The notes beneath the pieces are model-generated. The model made no database searches. It saw only the letters and a program-made list of their open reading frames with translations, and was not told the origin of the DNA. Shown here piece by piece: positions 32,102 through 42,936 of a stretch of DNA of 64,000 nt; within the stretch, counting starts at the first letter, position 1, and the number at the start of each line of letters is the position of its first letter. This stretch comes from Rhodobiaceae bacterium (GTDB taxonomy: Bacteria > Pseudomonadota > Alphaproteobacteria > Rhizobiales > Aestuariivirgaceae), in contig JANOVC010000026.1 of assembly GCA_031417195.1 (NCBI GenBank), forward strand, positions 23,100 through 87,099, in the 5' to 3' direction. A program made the translations under genes and the position numbers.

Positions 32102-33217
32102 TTATTGCAGTGATGCATCTTCGGCATACTTGCCGTTGCTGAACTTGTACCAAACGTATTTGGCGTCCTTGATGTCGCCCTTGGCATCCATAACGATGGT
32201 GCCGAGAACTGTGTTAACCGGGTTGCCAGCACGGAGCCATGCAGCAATTGCCTTGTTGTCAAAGCCCTTGGTTGCGGTAGCAGCGGCAGCATATTCCTGG
32301 ATCGCAGCGTAGGTGTAGAGCGTGTAGCCTTCTGGGTCATAACCAGCGGCCTTGAACTTTTCCACAAGTGCCTTGGCTTCAGGAATATTGCGTGGCTCTG
32401 GAGCGAACGTGAAGATCATGCCTTCGCCAGCGGTGCCGGCAATGGTCCAGAATTCCACGTTGTTCATGGAGTCACCAGAAATGATCTGGGCCTTCAGGCC
32501 TTGCTCACCCATCTGACGGGCAATAACGCCTTCTTCAGGGTGATATCCGCCGATGTAAACGGCTTCAATGCCTGCATCCTTCATCTTGGATACGAGAGCG
32601 GTGTAATCCTTTTCGCCAGCAGTGAATGATTCACTGAGGGCAAGCTTCACACCAGCTGCTTCAAGGCCACCACGCGTTACATCTGCCAAGCCCTTGCCGT
32701 AGGCTGACTTGTCGTCAAGTACGGCAATTTTCTTGCCTGCAAAGTTTTTTGCAATGAAAGCTGAGGCAACGGCACCCTGTGCATCGTCACGACCGCAAAC
32801 ACGGTGAACGTTCCAGCCACCAGCATCAGTGAAGGTTGGGTTGGTTGATGCTGGCGAGATTTGCAAAATGCCTTCTTCTTCGTAAACCTTTGAAGCGGGA
32901 ATCGAAGAACCTGAGCACAAGTGGCCGGCCACGAACTTCACGCCCTTTGATGCCATCTGGTTTGCAACAGCCACGGCTTGCTTTGGATCGCAGGCATCGT
33001 CACCAATTTCAAGTTTCAGCATTTCGCCGTTGATGCCGCCTGCTGCGTTGATGTCAGCAACAGCCATTTCAGCGCCGCGCTTGTATTGTTCGCCAAGGGC
33101 TGCGAGTGAGCCGGTGATCGGTCCAACCGTTGCAATGGTGATCTCAGCAAGCGCTGTCGAAGCGTTCAATGCTGCAGCGAAGCTGAGTGCCACGCCTGCG
33201 AGGATAAGTTTCTTCAT
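32102..33217 (-). CDS. livK: Branched-chain amino acid ABC substrate-binding protein
   Basis: Signal peptide MKKLILAG; GDDACDPKQA, VAGHLCSGSS, HRVCGRDDAQG, YTLYTYAA. Confidence 0.93.
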   Translation of the reverse strand: MKKLILAGVALSFAAALNASTALAEITIATVGPITGSLAALGEQYKRGAEMAVADINAAGGINGEMLKLEIGDDACDPKQAVAVANQMASKGVKFVAGHLCSGSSIPASKVYEEEGILQISPASTNPTFTDAGGWNVHRVCGRDDAQGAVASAFIAKNFAGKKIAVLDDKSAYGKGLADVTRGGLEAAGVKLALSESFTAGEKDYTALVSKMKDAGIEAVYIGGYHPEEGVIARQMGEQGLKAQIISGDSMNNVEFWTIAGTAGEGMIFTFAPEPRNIPEAKALVEKFKAAGYDPEGYTLYTYAAIQEYAAAATATKGFDNKAIAAWLRAGNPVNTVLGTIVMDAKGDIKDAKYVWYKFSNGKYAEDASLQ

Positions 33218-33341
33218 AAAAATCGTCTCCCTTATTCTTCTGAATATTCGTCTTCGGGTTAGTATTACCCTTGAGCCCATATTTGCTCAAAGGGGCATGA
33301 TTGGAAAGGGAAATCAGGTTCCCCTTAGCCAAATTCGTGAA

Positions 33342-33683
33342 TTAAGATTTATTTCTCCAGGTCAGTATGCCTGACCTTTCGTAGAGCCATGGATATTGGG
33401 TGACCATTTGGCTTACGCGCTTCATGCGGTAACCCAAATAAGCAAGCACCATGAGTATAGCAGTGTGCGTAATAAAATATTGAAGCGAGAACAGGTTCTG
33501 CTGAAACAGCGCAAAATGCAGGAAACGCACACCGAAACCCAGCGGGATCATAAAAATCATGAGTTGTTTCACGTCGCGCCAATCCGTGGCCAATGAACGG
33601 CCTGCCATGAATGCGGCGCCACCGCCCAAAATCACTGTAAGCAACAGGAATATCCAAGTGCTGCTTTCAACGAACAGCGGCAT
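33342..33683 (-). CDS. Small membrane protein of the liv operon (DUF6867-like)
   Basis: Three TM segments; GGGAA...GR..A..W, VRFLHFALF, QM..QYPWLYER. Confidence 0.75.
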   Translation of the reverse strand: MPLFVESSTWIFLLLTVILGGGAAFMAGRSLATDWRDVKQLMIFMIPLGFGVRFLHFALFQQNLFSLQYFITHTAILMVLAYLGYRMKRVSQMVTQYPWLYERSGILTWRNKS

Positions 33684-33684
33684 G

Positions 33685-34407
33685 TCAATGGCCTCCTTCA
33701 AGGTAAGCTGCCCGCACTTCCGGACGTGACAGAAGCTCCTTGCCAGTGCCTGAAATCGTGATCGCTCCGTTTACCATCACATAGGCACGATGGGCGAGTT
33801 TGAGCGCGTGGAAGGCGTTTTGTTCAACGAGGAAAACTGTGAGGCCTTCTTTCTCATTCAATTCCTTGATGGCATTGAAAATGAGCTTCACAATCAGCGG
33901 TGCCAAGCCGAGGGAAGGTTCATCCAGCAAGAGCAGGCGAGGGCGCGCCATCAGAGCGCGGCCAATTGCCAACATTTGCTGTTCGCCACCAGAGAGGGTA
34001 CCACCGCGTTGGCTCTGGCGCTTTTCCAGCACGGGAAACATTTTAAAAATGCGGGCAATGTCCGCGTCAAAGTATTGCGGGTCAGCAACGGTGGCGCCCA
34101 TCTGCAGGTTTTCCAGAACGGTCATGCGCGGAAAAATGCGGCGGCCTTCGGGAGACTGTGCAATGCCCATGCGGATAATTTCGTGGGTTGGCGTTTGGGT
34201 GATGTCTTTGCCGTCAAAGGTTATTGAGCCGTGACGGGCGCGGGGTGAGCCGCAAAGTGTCATCATCAGCGTTGATTTGCCAGCACCATTGGAGCCAATG
34301 AGGGTGACGATTTCGCCTTGTTTCACATCAATATCGATGCCTTTGAGGGCTTGAATTTTACCGTAAAAGGCCTGCACACCGCGGGCCGTGAGGAGGGCGT
34401 TGGTCAT
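33685..34407 (-). CDS. livF: Branched-chain amino acid ABC ATPase
   Basis: [36 protein letters not shown]. Confidence 0.95.
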   Translation of the reverse strand: MTNALLTARGVQAFYGKIQALKGIDIDVKQGEIVTLIGSNGAGKSTLMMTLCGSPRARHGSITFDGKDITQTPTHEIIRMGIAQSPEGRRIFPRMTVLENLQMGATVADPQYFDADIARIFKMFPVLEKRQSQRGGTLSGGEQQMLAIGRALMARPRLLLLDEPSLGLAPLIVKLIFNAIKELNEKEGLTVFLVEQNAFHALKLAHRAYVMVNGAITISGTGKELLSRPEVRAAYLEGGH

Positions 34408-35360
34408 TTACGTCCTCCGGTCTTTTTAGGCGCCGTCTTTTTCGCAGGAACTTTCTTCCGTGCGACTTTCTTGGGTGCCGCCTCTTTTGCGGGAATTTCC
34501 TTGTGACCGATCAACATGACTTCGGGTGCCACGTCCGCTGCTTCTTCCTCATCTTCGACGCCGAGGTATGCACGAATAACGGCGGGATCATTTTTCACCA
34601 TTGACGGCGAGCCATCGGAGATTTTCTGGCCATAATCCAAGACAACAACGTGATCCGAGATTCCCATCACAACGCTCATGTCGTGCTCGATTAGAAGAAT
34701 GGCAACATCGTGGTCGCGGCGAATGCCAAGCAGCAACTTATTAAGTTCTTCAGATTCGCGCGGATTAAGACCGGCGGCGGGCTCATCAAGGCACAGCAAC
34801 AGGGGGTCAGTACACATGGCGCGGGCGATTTCAAGACGGCGCTGGTCACCGTAGGGCAAGTCTCCGGCGGGATCGTCGGCGCGGTTCATGAGATTGATTT
34901 TATTGAGCCAGTATTTTGCTTTCTCAATCGCCGCATCCTCAGCGCGTTTGTAAAACGGGCTGCCAAAAATACCTGCTATGGTAAAGCCAGAGGCCTTCAT
35001 CAGGACATTGTGCTGGGCCACCATAAGATTTTCCAGAACAGTCATGCCCGAGAACAGGCGGATATTTTGAAATGTGCGCGCGACTTTGGCGTGACGCGTG
35101 ATGATGAAGTCATCCATGCGCTCAAGCAGGAACTCTTTGCCATCGGGATGGCGCAGGTTGATCATGCCCTCCGATGGTTTGTAAAAGCCCGTGATGCAGT
35201 TGAACACGGTGGTTTTACCCGCACCATTGGGGCCAATGAGTGCCGTAATCTGCTTGCGCGCCGCACTGAATGACAGTTCTGAAATGGCCGTCAAGCCGCC
35301 AAAACGCATTGTCAGCCGCTCCACCTGGAGTACGGCATTTGTATCCCAGGTTGTCATCAA
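34404..35360 (-). CDS. livG: Branched-chain amino acid ABC ATPase with a Lys/Ala/Pro-rich tail
   Basis: [39 protein letters not shown]. Confidence 0.95.
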   Translation of the reverse strand: MMTTWDTNAVLQVERLTMRFGGLTAISELSFSAARKQITALIGPNGAGKTTVFNCITGFYKPSEGMINLRHPDGKEFLLERMDDFIITRHAKVARTFQNIRLFSGMTVLENLMVAQHNVLMKASGFTIAGIFGSPFYKRAEDAAIEKAKYWLNKINLMNRADDPAGDLPYGDQRRLEIARAMCTDPLLLCLDEPAAGLNPRESEELNKLLLGIRRDHDVAILLIEHDMSVVMGISDHVVVLDYGQKISDGSPSMVKNDPAVIRAYLGVEDEEEAADVAPEVMLIGHKEIPAKEAAPKKVARKKVPAKKTAPKKTGGRK

Positions 35361-36751
35361 CCATGCCCCTGCGAAACGAGATCGGCAGACACTGCCTTCT
35401 TCTCCTTGAGGTAAACCGTGGGGTCACGTTTGGTAACAAACCCACGAGGGCGGAAGCGCATCATCAACACCATGGCAAGGCCTACGGCGAGCATGCGGAA
35501 CTGGATCGGGTCTGTGCCAGTTGGAAGTATGGCTTTGAGGAAATCCATTTCGCGGAAGAGTTCGAATGAACCCATAATGGCGATGGCTGAAAACACGATG
35601 CCGATTTGCGAGCCCAAACCGCCGAGAACAACAATGGCAAGGATGATCGCTGATTCGAGATACACAAAAGACTCTGGCGACACAAAGCCTTGGCGGGCGG
35701 CGAAAAAGCTTCCTGCAAAGCCACCAAACATTGCGCCGATCGCAAAAGCAGTAAGCTTGGTATTGGTGGTGTTGATGCCCAACGCGCGACAGGCGATTTC
35801 ATCTTCGCGCAACGCTTCCCATGCGCGGCCGATTGGCAAGCGGCGCAAGCGGTTGGTCACAATAAAAGTAAGAAGGGCAAGTGCAAGAATGACGTAGTAG
35901 AGGAAAATATAGAAATGAATGCGGTCATAGGGAATGTCAAAGAAGGCCGCAAAACCACCCGGATCATCTTTGAATGGTAGTCCAAAGAAAGTTGCCTTTG
36001 GAACAATAATTCCCTGTGGGCCATTGGTAAACGCAAACCAGTTCACCAAAACAAGACGGATGATCTCACCGAAGGCCAATGTTACGATTGCAAGGTAATC
36101 GCCCCGCAAACGCAATACTGGAAAGCCCAGAACAATCCCCCACGTTGCAGCAAGGAGGCCCGCCAACGGGAGTGTTAAATAGAAAGCCCAGGGAATGACA
36201 CCCGCACCGAACCATTGTGGCAAATAGATTGTTGAGAGCAGGGCGTAAGCATAGGCACCAACGGCGTAGAATGCGACATATCCCAGATCGAGAAGGCCAG
36301 CGAGACCGACCACTATGTTCAGGCCCCATCCCAGCATGATGTAAGTGAGAACGTAGATGGCAAGATCAATAATGCGCTTGTCACTGCTTGGAAACATGTG
36401 TGCGACGAAGGGCAAAATCAGGGCGACCACCAGCATTATGGGGCCTATGTATTTTCCGATTTGTGATGAGATGGATGGAGTTGCGCTGACGGCCTTCGAA
36501 GGTTTTGACGTTTCAATGCGGTTCCATACAAAAAGATGGAACATCAAACGGCCAACGACAACAATGGCGGCCAGCAACATAACCAACGGCCAACGCGTTG
36601 AAAGCGAGAGTGAACCCTGATCAAGAGTCGTTCTGAATGCCACAATCGGAATAAGAATTAGCGCTGTGATTATGCCAGACCCAACGACGTCCTTGGCTAT
36701 TGCAGGCCAGTCATACGGTTTCGTAGTGGGCATATTTTCAGATGACGACAT
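35357..36751 (-). CDS. livM: Branched-chain amino acid ABC permease
   Basis: [42 protein letters not shown]. Confidence 0.95.
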   Translation of the reverse strand: MSSSENMPTTKPYDWPAIAKDVVGSGIITALILIPIVAFRTTLDQGSLSLSTRWPLVMLLAAIVVVGRLMFHLFVWNRIETSKPSKAVSATPSISSQIGKYIGPIMLVVALILPFVAHMFPSSDKRIIDLAIYVLTYIMLGWGLNIVVGLAGLLDLGYVAFYAVGAYAYALLSTIYLPQWFGAGVIPWAFYLTLPLAGLLAATWGIVLGFPVLRLRGDYLAIVTLAFGEIIRLVLVNWFAFTNGPQGIIVPKATFFGLPFKDDPGGFAAFFDIPYDRIHFYIFLYYVILALALLTFIVTNRLRRLPIGRAWEALREDEIACRALGINTTNTKLTAFAIGAMFGGFAGSFFAARQGFVSPESFVYLESAIILAIVVLGGLGSQIGIVFSAIAIMGSFELFREMDFLKAILPTGTDPIQFRMLAVGLAMVLMMRFRPRGFVTKRDPTVYLKEKKAVSADLVSQGHG

Positions 36752-36753
36752 TG

Positions 36754-37689
36754 TTAAACTTTCTCAACAGCAGGTTTGCCGAGCAAGCCTTGCGGCATGA
36801 AAATGAGCACAATGACGAGAAGCGTGAAGGCTGCCACATCTTTATACTCAACTGTGAAATAGGCTGACCACATGACTTCAACGAGGCCGATGATCAATCC
36901 GCCGAGCATGGCACCGGGAATGGAACCGATGCCGCCAAGCACGGCTGCGGTGAATGCCTTGATGCCTGCTAGAAAGCCCACGAAAAAGTCCGTGTTGCCA
37001 TAATAGAGGAGGAACAGGATGCCAGCGAAGGCAGCGAGGGCCGCGCCCATGATGAAAGTGATGGAAATGGTACGGTCCACATCGATGCCAATGAGAGCAG
37101 CCATTTTCATGTCCTGTTCGCAGGATCGTTGCGCGCGGCCAAGTGCCGTACGCTGGATGAGGGCAGTGAATATAGCCATCAATACGAGTGTTGAAATGAT
37201 GATGATGATCTGCATGTTTGAAATGCGGACAATGAATTCGCCCTTGTCACTGGCGCGGTGCATGATTTCGAAGCCACCATTGATTATGGGGTGAATTGGT
37301 TTCGGACGGCCTTCCTGGGCAACGCGCACAAATTCCTGCAATACGATCGACATGCCGATAGCTGAAATAAGTGGTGCCAAACGGAATGATCCGCGCAGCG
37401 GTTTGTAAGCGAGCCGCTCTATTGACCAATTGTATGCTGCAGCAATGATCATGGCGATTACAACAATAACAGCGAGTGCCAGGATCAACATGAATGCACC
37501 GGTACCGCCTGTTACGCCAAAGGCGAGGATGACAATGAACGCAACCATGCTACCCACCATAAATACGTCGCCGTGGGCAAAGTTGATCATACCGATGATG
37601 CCGTAAACCATCGTATAGCCGATGGCGATAAGACCGTAGATGGAACCGAGTGTAACGCCGTTAATGAGCTGCTGGAGAAAATACTCCAT
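36754..37689 (-). CDS. livH: Branched-chain amino acid ABC permease
   Basis: [45 protein letters not shown]. Confidence 0.95.
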   Translation of the reverse strand: MEYFLQQLINGVTLGSIYGLIAIGYTMVYGIIGMINFAHGDVFMVGSMVAFIVILAFGVTGGTGAFMLILALAVIVVIAMIIAAAYNWSIERLAYKPLRGSFRLAPLISAIGMSIVLQEFVRVAQEGRPKPIHPIINGGFEIMHRASDKGEFIVRISNMQIIIIISTLVLMAIFTALIQRTALGRAQRSCEQDMKMAALIGIDVDRTISITFIMGAALAAFAGILFLLYYGNTDFFVGFLAGIKAFTAAVLGGIGSIPGAMLGGLIIGLVEVMWSAYFTVEYKDVAAFTLLVIVLIFMPQGLLGKPAVEKV

Positions 37690-38060
37690 ACGCGCCCCCC
37701 TTTTTACTTACCTATGTTCGCAGCGCATAAGGTGGCTGCGTTTGTGAGGTGGTAATAGATGCTTCCAAAATTGAATACAAGCCACAATTAACAATTGATT
37801 TACTGTTTAATTTCAGTTGCTTCCAAATCAGGCAATGAAAACATGCCATTGCATAACAATTCAACAGGACAAATTTTAGGCGCTTAAGTGCCTAAAATTT
37901 ATACAATATTTTTTGCCGGTTGTGGAGATTGGGTTCTCATATACATTTAGTTACGTACAGTTACGAAGTTTCGTGTTGCAGTGCGAGATAATGCTTGACG
38001 TTAAGCCTACTCAAAATGTACCGTACTATATCGCTTCGTTATATATCGGATTGACATAGC

Positions 38061-38597
38061 ATGAATGTTCGAACTCTTTGCTTGGGTATCCTGTCTCTTC
38101 GGGAATCGTCTGGGTATGAAATCAAACAGGACGTTGAAGACGGCCTCTTCAGCCATTTCATTGATGCCAGCTATGGTTCGATTTATCCGGCCCTTAACCA
38201 GCTTGCTGTCGAGGGATTTGTGACGGTTCGTGCCGAGGAGCAAACGGGCAAGCCCGCCAAGAAAGTCTACAGCATTACAGAGTCGGGTAAAAACGCCCTT
38301 GCTCGGGCCATTTCTGTTGTGCCTGTGAAGGACAAATACAAGTCGGAATTTTTGTTTCAGATGCTCCTTAAAGACTACATGACGCCTGACATGATGTTGG
38401 TCGCCATTCAGAAGCAACTCGATGACCTCAACGAAGATCTCGCATGCATTGCTGTGTGCAGCCAAGGTGAACCGATATGTAATGGTGCGCGTTTTGTGGA
38501 GGAATATGGACATGCGGTGCTGACAGCAAGTGTCAAATGCTTGGAATATAAAAAAACAGAGCTTTTGCAGCAGATGGCTGCAAAGGCCGCAGAATAA
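38061..38597 (+). CDS. PadR-family transcriptional regulator
   Basis: SGYEIK, ASYGSIYPAL..L, KKVYSITESG. Confidence 0.93.
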   Translation: MNVRTLCLGILSLRESSGYEIKQDVEDGLFSHFIDASYGSIYPALNQLAVEGFVTVRAEEQTGKPAKKVYSITESGKNALARAISVVPVKDKYKSEFLFQMLLKDYMTPDMMLVAIQKQLDDLNEDLACIAVCSQGEPICNGARFVEEYGHAVLTASVKCLEYKKTELLQQMAAKAAE

Positions 38598-38614
38598 TTT
38601 GGAGACGTGACGAC

Positions 38615-39712
38615 ATGCGTAAATCGTACCTTTGGGCCACGGCCATAACGTTGGGCTTGGGCCTGTGGATGGCTTCTCCTTACATTATGCCAAAGCTGAC
38701 AGGCGTTCCGCGTGCAACTGAGGAGGCTGAGGCTCCAGCGGTAACCACTGCTGGAAAGCTCTTCAAAGTACGGGTCAAAACCTTCACAGCAGTCCCCCGT
38801 GTGGCTTTTGTGACGGCCAATGGAATCACGGCTGCGTCCAAACGCGTTGATGCGCGGGCGCGTACAAGTGGCATCATTCTCGATTCCAAATTCAAACAGG
38901 GTCAAAGTGTCAAGTCGGGGGATGTCCTCTGCCAACTCGATACCGGTGACCGTACCGCGCAAATGGTCCAGGCGAAGGCCTCGCTTGCCAGTGCGCAGCG
39001 CGACTTTGATGCGACACAAAAACTGGTAAAAAATTCATACAGCACACAATCCAAGCTTTCATCTGATCAAGCCCGGCTTGATGCCGCGAAAGCCGTGCTG
39101 ATTGGTTTTGAAACAGATATGGCCTATCTCGAAATCAAGGCTTCTGCCGATGGCGTTCTGATTGAGAAGCCTGCCGAAGCTGGCAGTCTTCTTGCCCCAG
39201 GCGGACTGTGCGCAACTGTCAGTGCGCTTGATCCTCTGCTGGTTGCCGTTCAGGTGAGTGAGTCCTACGTGCCTTATGTCATAGAAGGCATGGCTGCCAA
39301 GGCGACCCTCGCCACTGGCGAAACAGTTGATGGAAAAGTAACGTTCATTTCCAAAACCGCAGAGGTCACGACGCGGACATTCCGTGTGGAGTTGGAAGTG
39401 CCAAATCCAGGTGAAAAAATGCGCGAGGGTGTGACTGCAGAGCTATCTGTGCCGCTGCCGCCGCAAATGGCGCAGAAACTTCCGGGTTCGGTTTTGATCC
39501 TCAATGACACTGGTAAATTTGGCGCGCGGGTTCTCAACGATGCTGACCACACATCAAAATTCATGCCCGTCGACGTCATTGCCCAAGATCAGGATGGCAT
39601 GTGGGTAACCGGATTGGCAGACAGGGTGACGTTGGTCACAATTGGCCAAGATTATGTGCGTGACGGCGAAAAAGTGGAACCCGTTGTTGAAACCGCGGAG
39701 ATAACCCAATGA
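38615..39712 (+). CDS. RND efflux periplasmic adaptor (MFP) 1
   Basis: N-terminal TM, lipoyl/hairpin pattern, TRTFRVE, MREGVTA. Confidence 0.92.
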   Translation: MRKSYLWATAITLGLGLWMASPYIMPKLTGVPRATEEAEAPAVTTAGKLFKVRVKTFTAVPRVAFVTANGITAASKRVDARARTSGIILDSKFKQGQSVKSGDVLCQLDTGDRTAQMVQAKASLASAQRDFDATQKLVKNSYSTQSKLSSDQARLDAAKAVLIGFETDMAYLEIKASADGVLIEKPAEAGSLLAPGGLCATVSALDPLLVAVQVSESYVPYVIEGMAAKATLATGETVDGKVTFISKTAEVTTRTFRVELEVPNPGEKMREGVTAELSVPLPPQMAQKLPGSVLILNDTGKFGARVLNDADHTSKFMPVDVIAQDQDGMWVTGLADRVTLVTIGQDYVRDGEKVEPVVETAEITQ

Positions 39713-42700
39713 TTGGCTGGCTCGATACAATTCTAAGGCGGCCGCGCGCTGTTCTCTCAGCCATGCTCGTGTTGGTGGTGGCTGGGCTTCTCTCCTACAT
39801 GACCATTCCAAAGGAGAGCAACCCCAACATCACGATTCCGACGTTCTTTGTATCAACATCTATTTCAGGAATTTCGCCTCAAGATGCGGAGCGCCTGTTG
39901 GTCAAGCCTATTGAAGTAAAGCTGCGCGGTCTTGAAGGTCTAAAGCAAATCACAGCCTACGCAACCGAAGGCCGCGGTGCACTCATTGTTGAGTTTGAAA
40001 CGGATGTGAATATTGAAAAAGCTTCGCGTGATGTGCGCTTGAAGGTTGATGAGGCAAAGCCAGATTTGCCAACTGATGCGACAACGCCAGCCGTGGCCGA
40101 GATTAACCTGAGTTTAGAGCCTACAATTCTTGTGGCCATTTCAGGTGATGTTCCAGAACGCACGTTGGAGGCTCGATCAAAGGATTTGCAGGATGCCCTG
40201 CAGCGCATACCCACGGTTCTTTCGGCTGACCTCAAGGGCAAGCGCGATGAGGTTCTGGAGGTTATTGTCAACAAGCAGAAGCTTGAGGCTTATGGACTCG
40301 GACCCACAGATATCTATAACATTGTTTCACGGAACAACTTGCTTGTTGCTGCGGGCTCATCTGAAGGTTCGACAGGGCGATTCACTGTTAAAGTTCCCGG
40401 TCTCATACAGTCGCCGCAAGACTTGTTTGATCTGCCGATAAAGAGTTTTCAAGGCACTGTGGTGACCCTGAAAGACGTCGCTGATGTGCGTCGTTCATTT
40501 CAAGACCGCACAGATTATGCGCTCTATAATGGTCGACCTGCGATCACCGTCGAGGTGGTGAAGCGCCAAGGCACCAACATCATTGAAACCAATGCTGAGG
40601 TGAGGCGCGTTGCCGAAGAAATGTTAAAGACCTGGCCAACTGCAATGCATATCGATTACGCGCTGGATCAATCCAATACCATCAAAGACGTGCTGCAATC
40701 CCTGCAGGATGGTGTGCTTCTGGCCATCATATTGGTAATGATACTGGTCGTTGCCTCGCTTGGCCTGAGGTCCGGCATACTGGTCGGCATTTCCATTCCA
40801 ACTTCATTTCTCATCGGGTTCCTCATACTGGCGATTATGGGCTACACGCTTAACATCATGATCATGTTTGGCCTTATTCTGTCAGTTGGTATTTTGGTCG
40901 ACGGTGCCATTGTGCTTTCCGAATATGCCGACCGAAAAATGGCTGAAGGAATTGAGCCGAAGGAAGCTTATATTGCTGCTGCAAAACGCATGTTCTGGCC
41001 AATCGTGTCATCGATGGCTACCACGATTGCAGCATTTGTTCCCCTGCTTTTTGCTCCCGGCATTGCAGGCAAGTTCATGAGCTATTTGCCGGTTACCGTC
41101 ATCATTGTGCTTTCAGCTTCTTTGTTGACTGCCATGGTTTTTGTGCCTGCTGTCGGCTTTTTCATCGGCAAGACAGATAAGGAAACCATGGAACAGTTCG
41201 GCCATTTTGCCGATGACGAGCATGCAGATTTCCGCAAGATGAAAGGGCTCACGGGACTTTACCTCCGCTTTATTGAACGTATCATCCGCCATCCAATTTT
41301 GGTTAGTGTGGCTGTGTTGACGCTTATGGGTAGTATCGTTGCGACCTATGCAACACATCCAACGGGCGTTCAATTCTTTGTGGATACAGAGCCTGAGCAG
41401 GTCAATGTTTACGTGCGTGCCCGCGGTAATCTGGGTGTTGCACAGCAGCTCGCACTCACGCGGGAAGTTGAAGCCCGGGTTATCAAGGTGGATGGCATCA
41501 AGACCTATGCCACGTCGGCCGGAAAGTCTGGCGGCGGTGCACAGGGCAGCCAGGATATTCCGGCAGATGTTGTTGGTACAATTCAGCTGGAATTGCGTCC
41601 GGTCGGAAGCAGGAAACCCTGGAAAAAACTGAACGAAGAACTTGCTGCGATTGTGGCCGACATGGCTGGTATCATTGTCGAGGTTCGTCCATTGGAAGGC
41701 GGACCAACATCCGGCAAGGACATTCGCCTACAGATCACATCAAACGACAGGGACGCAGCATTTGCGGCAGCCCGAAAGATTGAAGCTCATGTGGTAGGCG
41801 GAATGAAAGGTATTGTCGATGTCGATGACGATCTTCCATTGCCTGGTTACGAATGGAGTCTTACGATTGACAGGGAAAAAGCGGGTCGATTTGGTGCTGA
41901 TGTTGCATCGGCGGGTACACTTGTCCAACTTGCAACAACAGGTGCAAAAGTAGGTTCCTATCGTCCCGATGACAGCAATGACGAAATCGACATTCGCGTT
42001 CGGTTGCCGGAGAACGAGCGGTCAATCACTGCAGTCAAGGACATTAAGCTGACGACTGCTGCTGGACTTGTTCCCATGTCCAACTTTATCAAATCTACCG
42101 CAGAGCCTTTGGTGAATGTGCTTTACCGGCTGGATGGAGTGCCTTCCGTTTTCGTCAAGGGCAATGTTGCACCGGGCATTTTTGCGGGCGACAAAATCAA
42201 GGAATTGGACACTTGGGTTAACAAACAGAAATGGCCAGAAGGCGTGAAGTTCAAATTCCGTGGCGATGATGAGGACCAGGCCAAGTTTGGCGCATTCCTT
42301 GTAAAAGCGATGGTTGCGTCCGTGTTTATGATCTTCATGATTTTAATTGTGCAGTACAATAGCTTCTACCATGTGATGATAACGCTTTCGACGGTGATCA
42401 TGTCAACGGTAGGTGTGCTGCTGGGCATGTTGGTGACCGGGCAATACTTCTCGATGATTATGACTGGTACAGGCGTGATTGCACTTATTGGTGTTGTGGT
42501 CAGTCACTCGATTGTGCTGATCGATACCTTCCATCGCCTGCGGGATGCAGGGCAGAATGGCATCGAAGCGGCCATCCGCACGTGTTCCCAGCGCATGCGG
42601 CCCGTGTTGCTCACATCAATAACAGCCATGCTCGGCTTGTTGCCATTGGCGCTTGAACTCAATGTGAACTTTTTTACACGCCACATCGTAATTGGCAGTG

Positions 42701-42921
42701 TGACGAGTGCGTGGTGGGTTCATTTGTCGACAGCGATGGTGTTTGGTTTGCTGTTGGCAACAGTACTGACGCTCATCATGACACCCGTTCTACTGGCCGC
42801 ACCGACCGTGTTCAGTGAAAATCGCGCTGCACGAAAAGCTGCAAAAATGTTGAAGCAAGATGTTGTGGCACAGGATGACAACGACCTTGATGAGCCACCT
42901 ATACGTCAGGCTGCGGAATAA
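39709..42921 (+). CDS. RND permease (AcrB/AcrD/AcrF family) 1
   Basis: 1070 aa; TM4 GILVDGAIV, TTIAAFVPL, RMRPVLLT. Confidence 0.95.
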   Translation: MIGWLDTILRRPRAVLSAMLVLVVAGLLSYMTIPKESNPNITIPTFFVSTSISGISPQDAERLLVKPIEVKLRGLEGLKQITAYATEGRGALIVEFETDVNIEKASRDVRLKVDEAKPDLPTDATTPAVAEINLSLEPTILVAISGDVPERTLEARSKDLQDALQRIPTVLSADLKGKRDEVLEVIVNKQKLEAYGLGPTDIYNIVSRNNLLVAAGSSEGSTGRFTVKVPGLIQSPQDLFDLPIKSFQGTVVTLKDVADVRRSFQDRTDYALYNGRPAITVEVVKRQGTNIIETNAEVRRVAEEMLKTWPTAMHIDYALDQSNTIKDVLQSLQDGVLLAIILVMILVVASLGLRSGILVGISIPTSFLIGFLILAIMGYTLNIMIMFGLILSVGILVDGAIVLSEYADRKMAEGIEPKEAYIAAAKRMFWPIVSSMATTIAAFVPLLFAPGIAGKFMSYLPVTVIIVLSASLLTAMVFVPAVGFFIGKTDKETMEQFGHFADDEHADFRKMKGLTGLYLRFIERIIRHPILVSVAVLTLMGSIVATYATHPTGVQFFVDTEPEQVNVYVRARGNLGVAQQLALTREVEARVIKVDGIKTYATSAGKSGGGAQGSQDIPADVVGTIQLELRPVGSRKPWKKLNEELAAIVADMAGIIVEVRPLEGGPTSGKDIRLQITSNDRDAAFAAARKIEAHVVGGMKGIVDVDDDLPLPGYEWSLTIDREKAGRFGADVASAGTLVQLATTGAKVGSYRPDDSNDEIDIRVRLPENERSITAVKDIKLTTAAGLVPMSNFIKSTAEPLVNVLYRLDGVPSVFVKGNVAPGIFAGDKIKELDTWVNKQKWPEGVKFKFRGDDEDQAKFGAFLVKAMVASVFMIFMILIVQYNSFYHVMITLSTVIMSTVGVLLGMLVTGQYFSMIMTGTGVIALIGVVVSHSIVLIDTFHRLRDAGQNGIEAAIRTCSQRMRPVLLTSITAMLGLLPLALELNVNFFTRHIVIGSVTSAWWVHLSTAMVFGLLLATVLTLIMTPVLLAAPTVFSENRAARKAAKMLKQDVVAQDDNDLDEPPIRQAAE

Positions 42922-42936
42922 TTTGGAGTTTAAATT

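Noticed and set aside
37788-37803. TTAA-N7-TTTAC as a CtrA site upstream of livH
   Set aside because: One mismatch in a very AT-rich region and no supporting cell-cycle context, so it cannot be told from chance.
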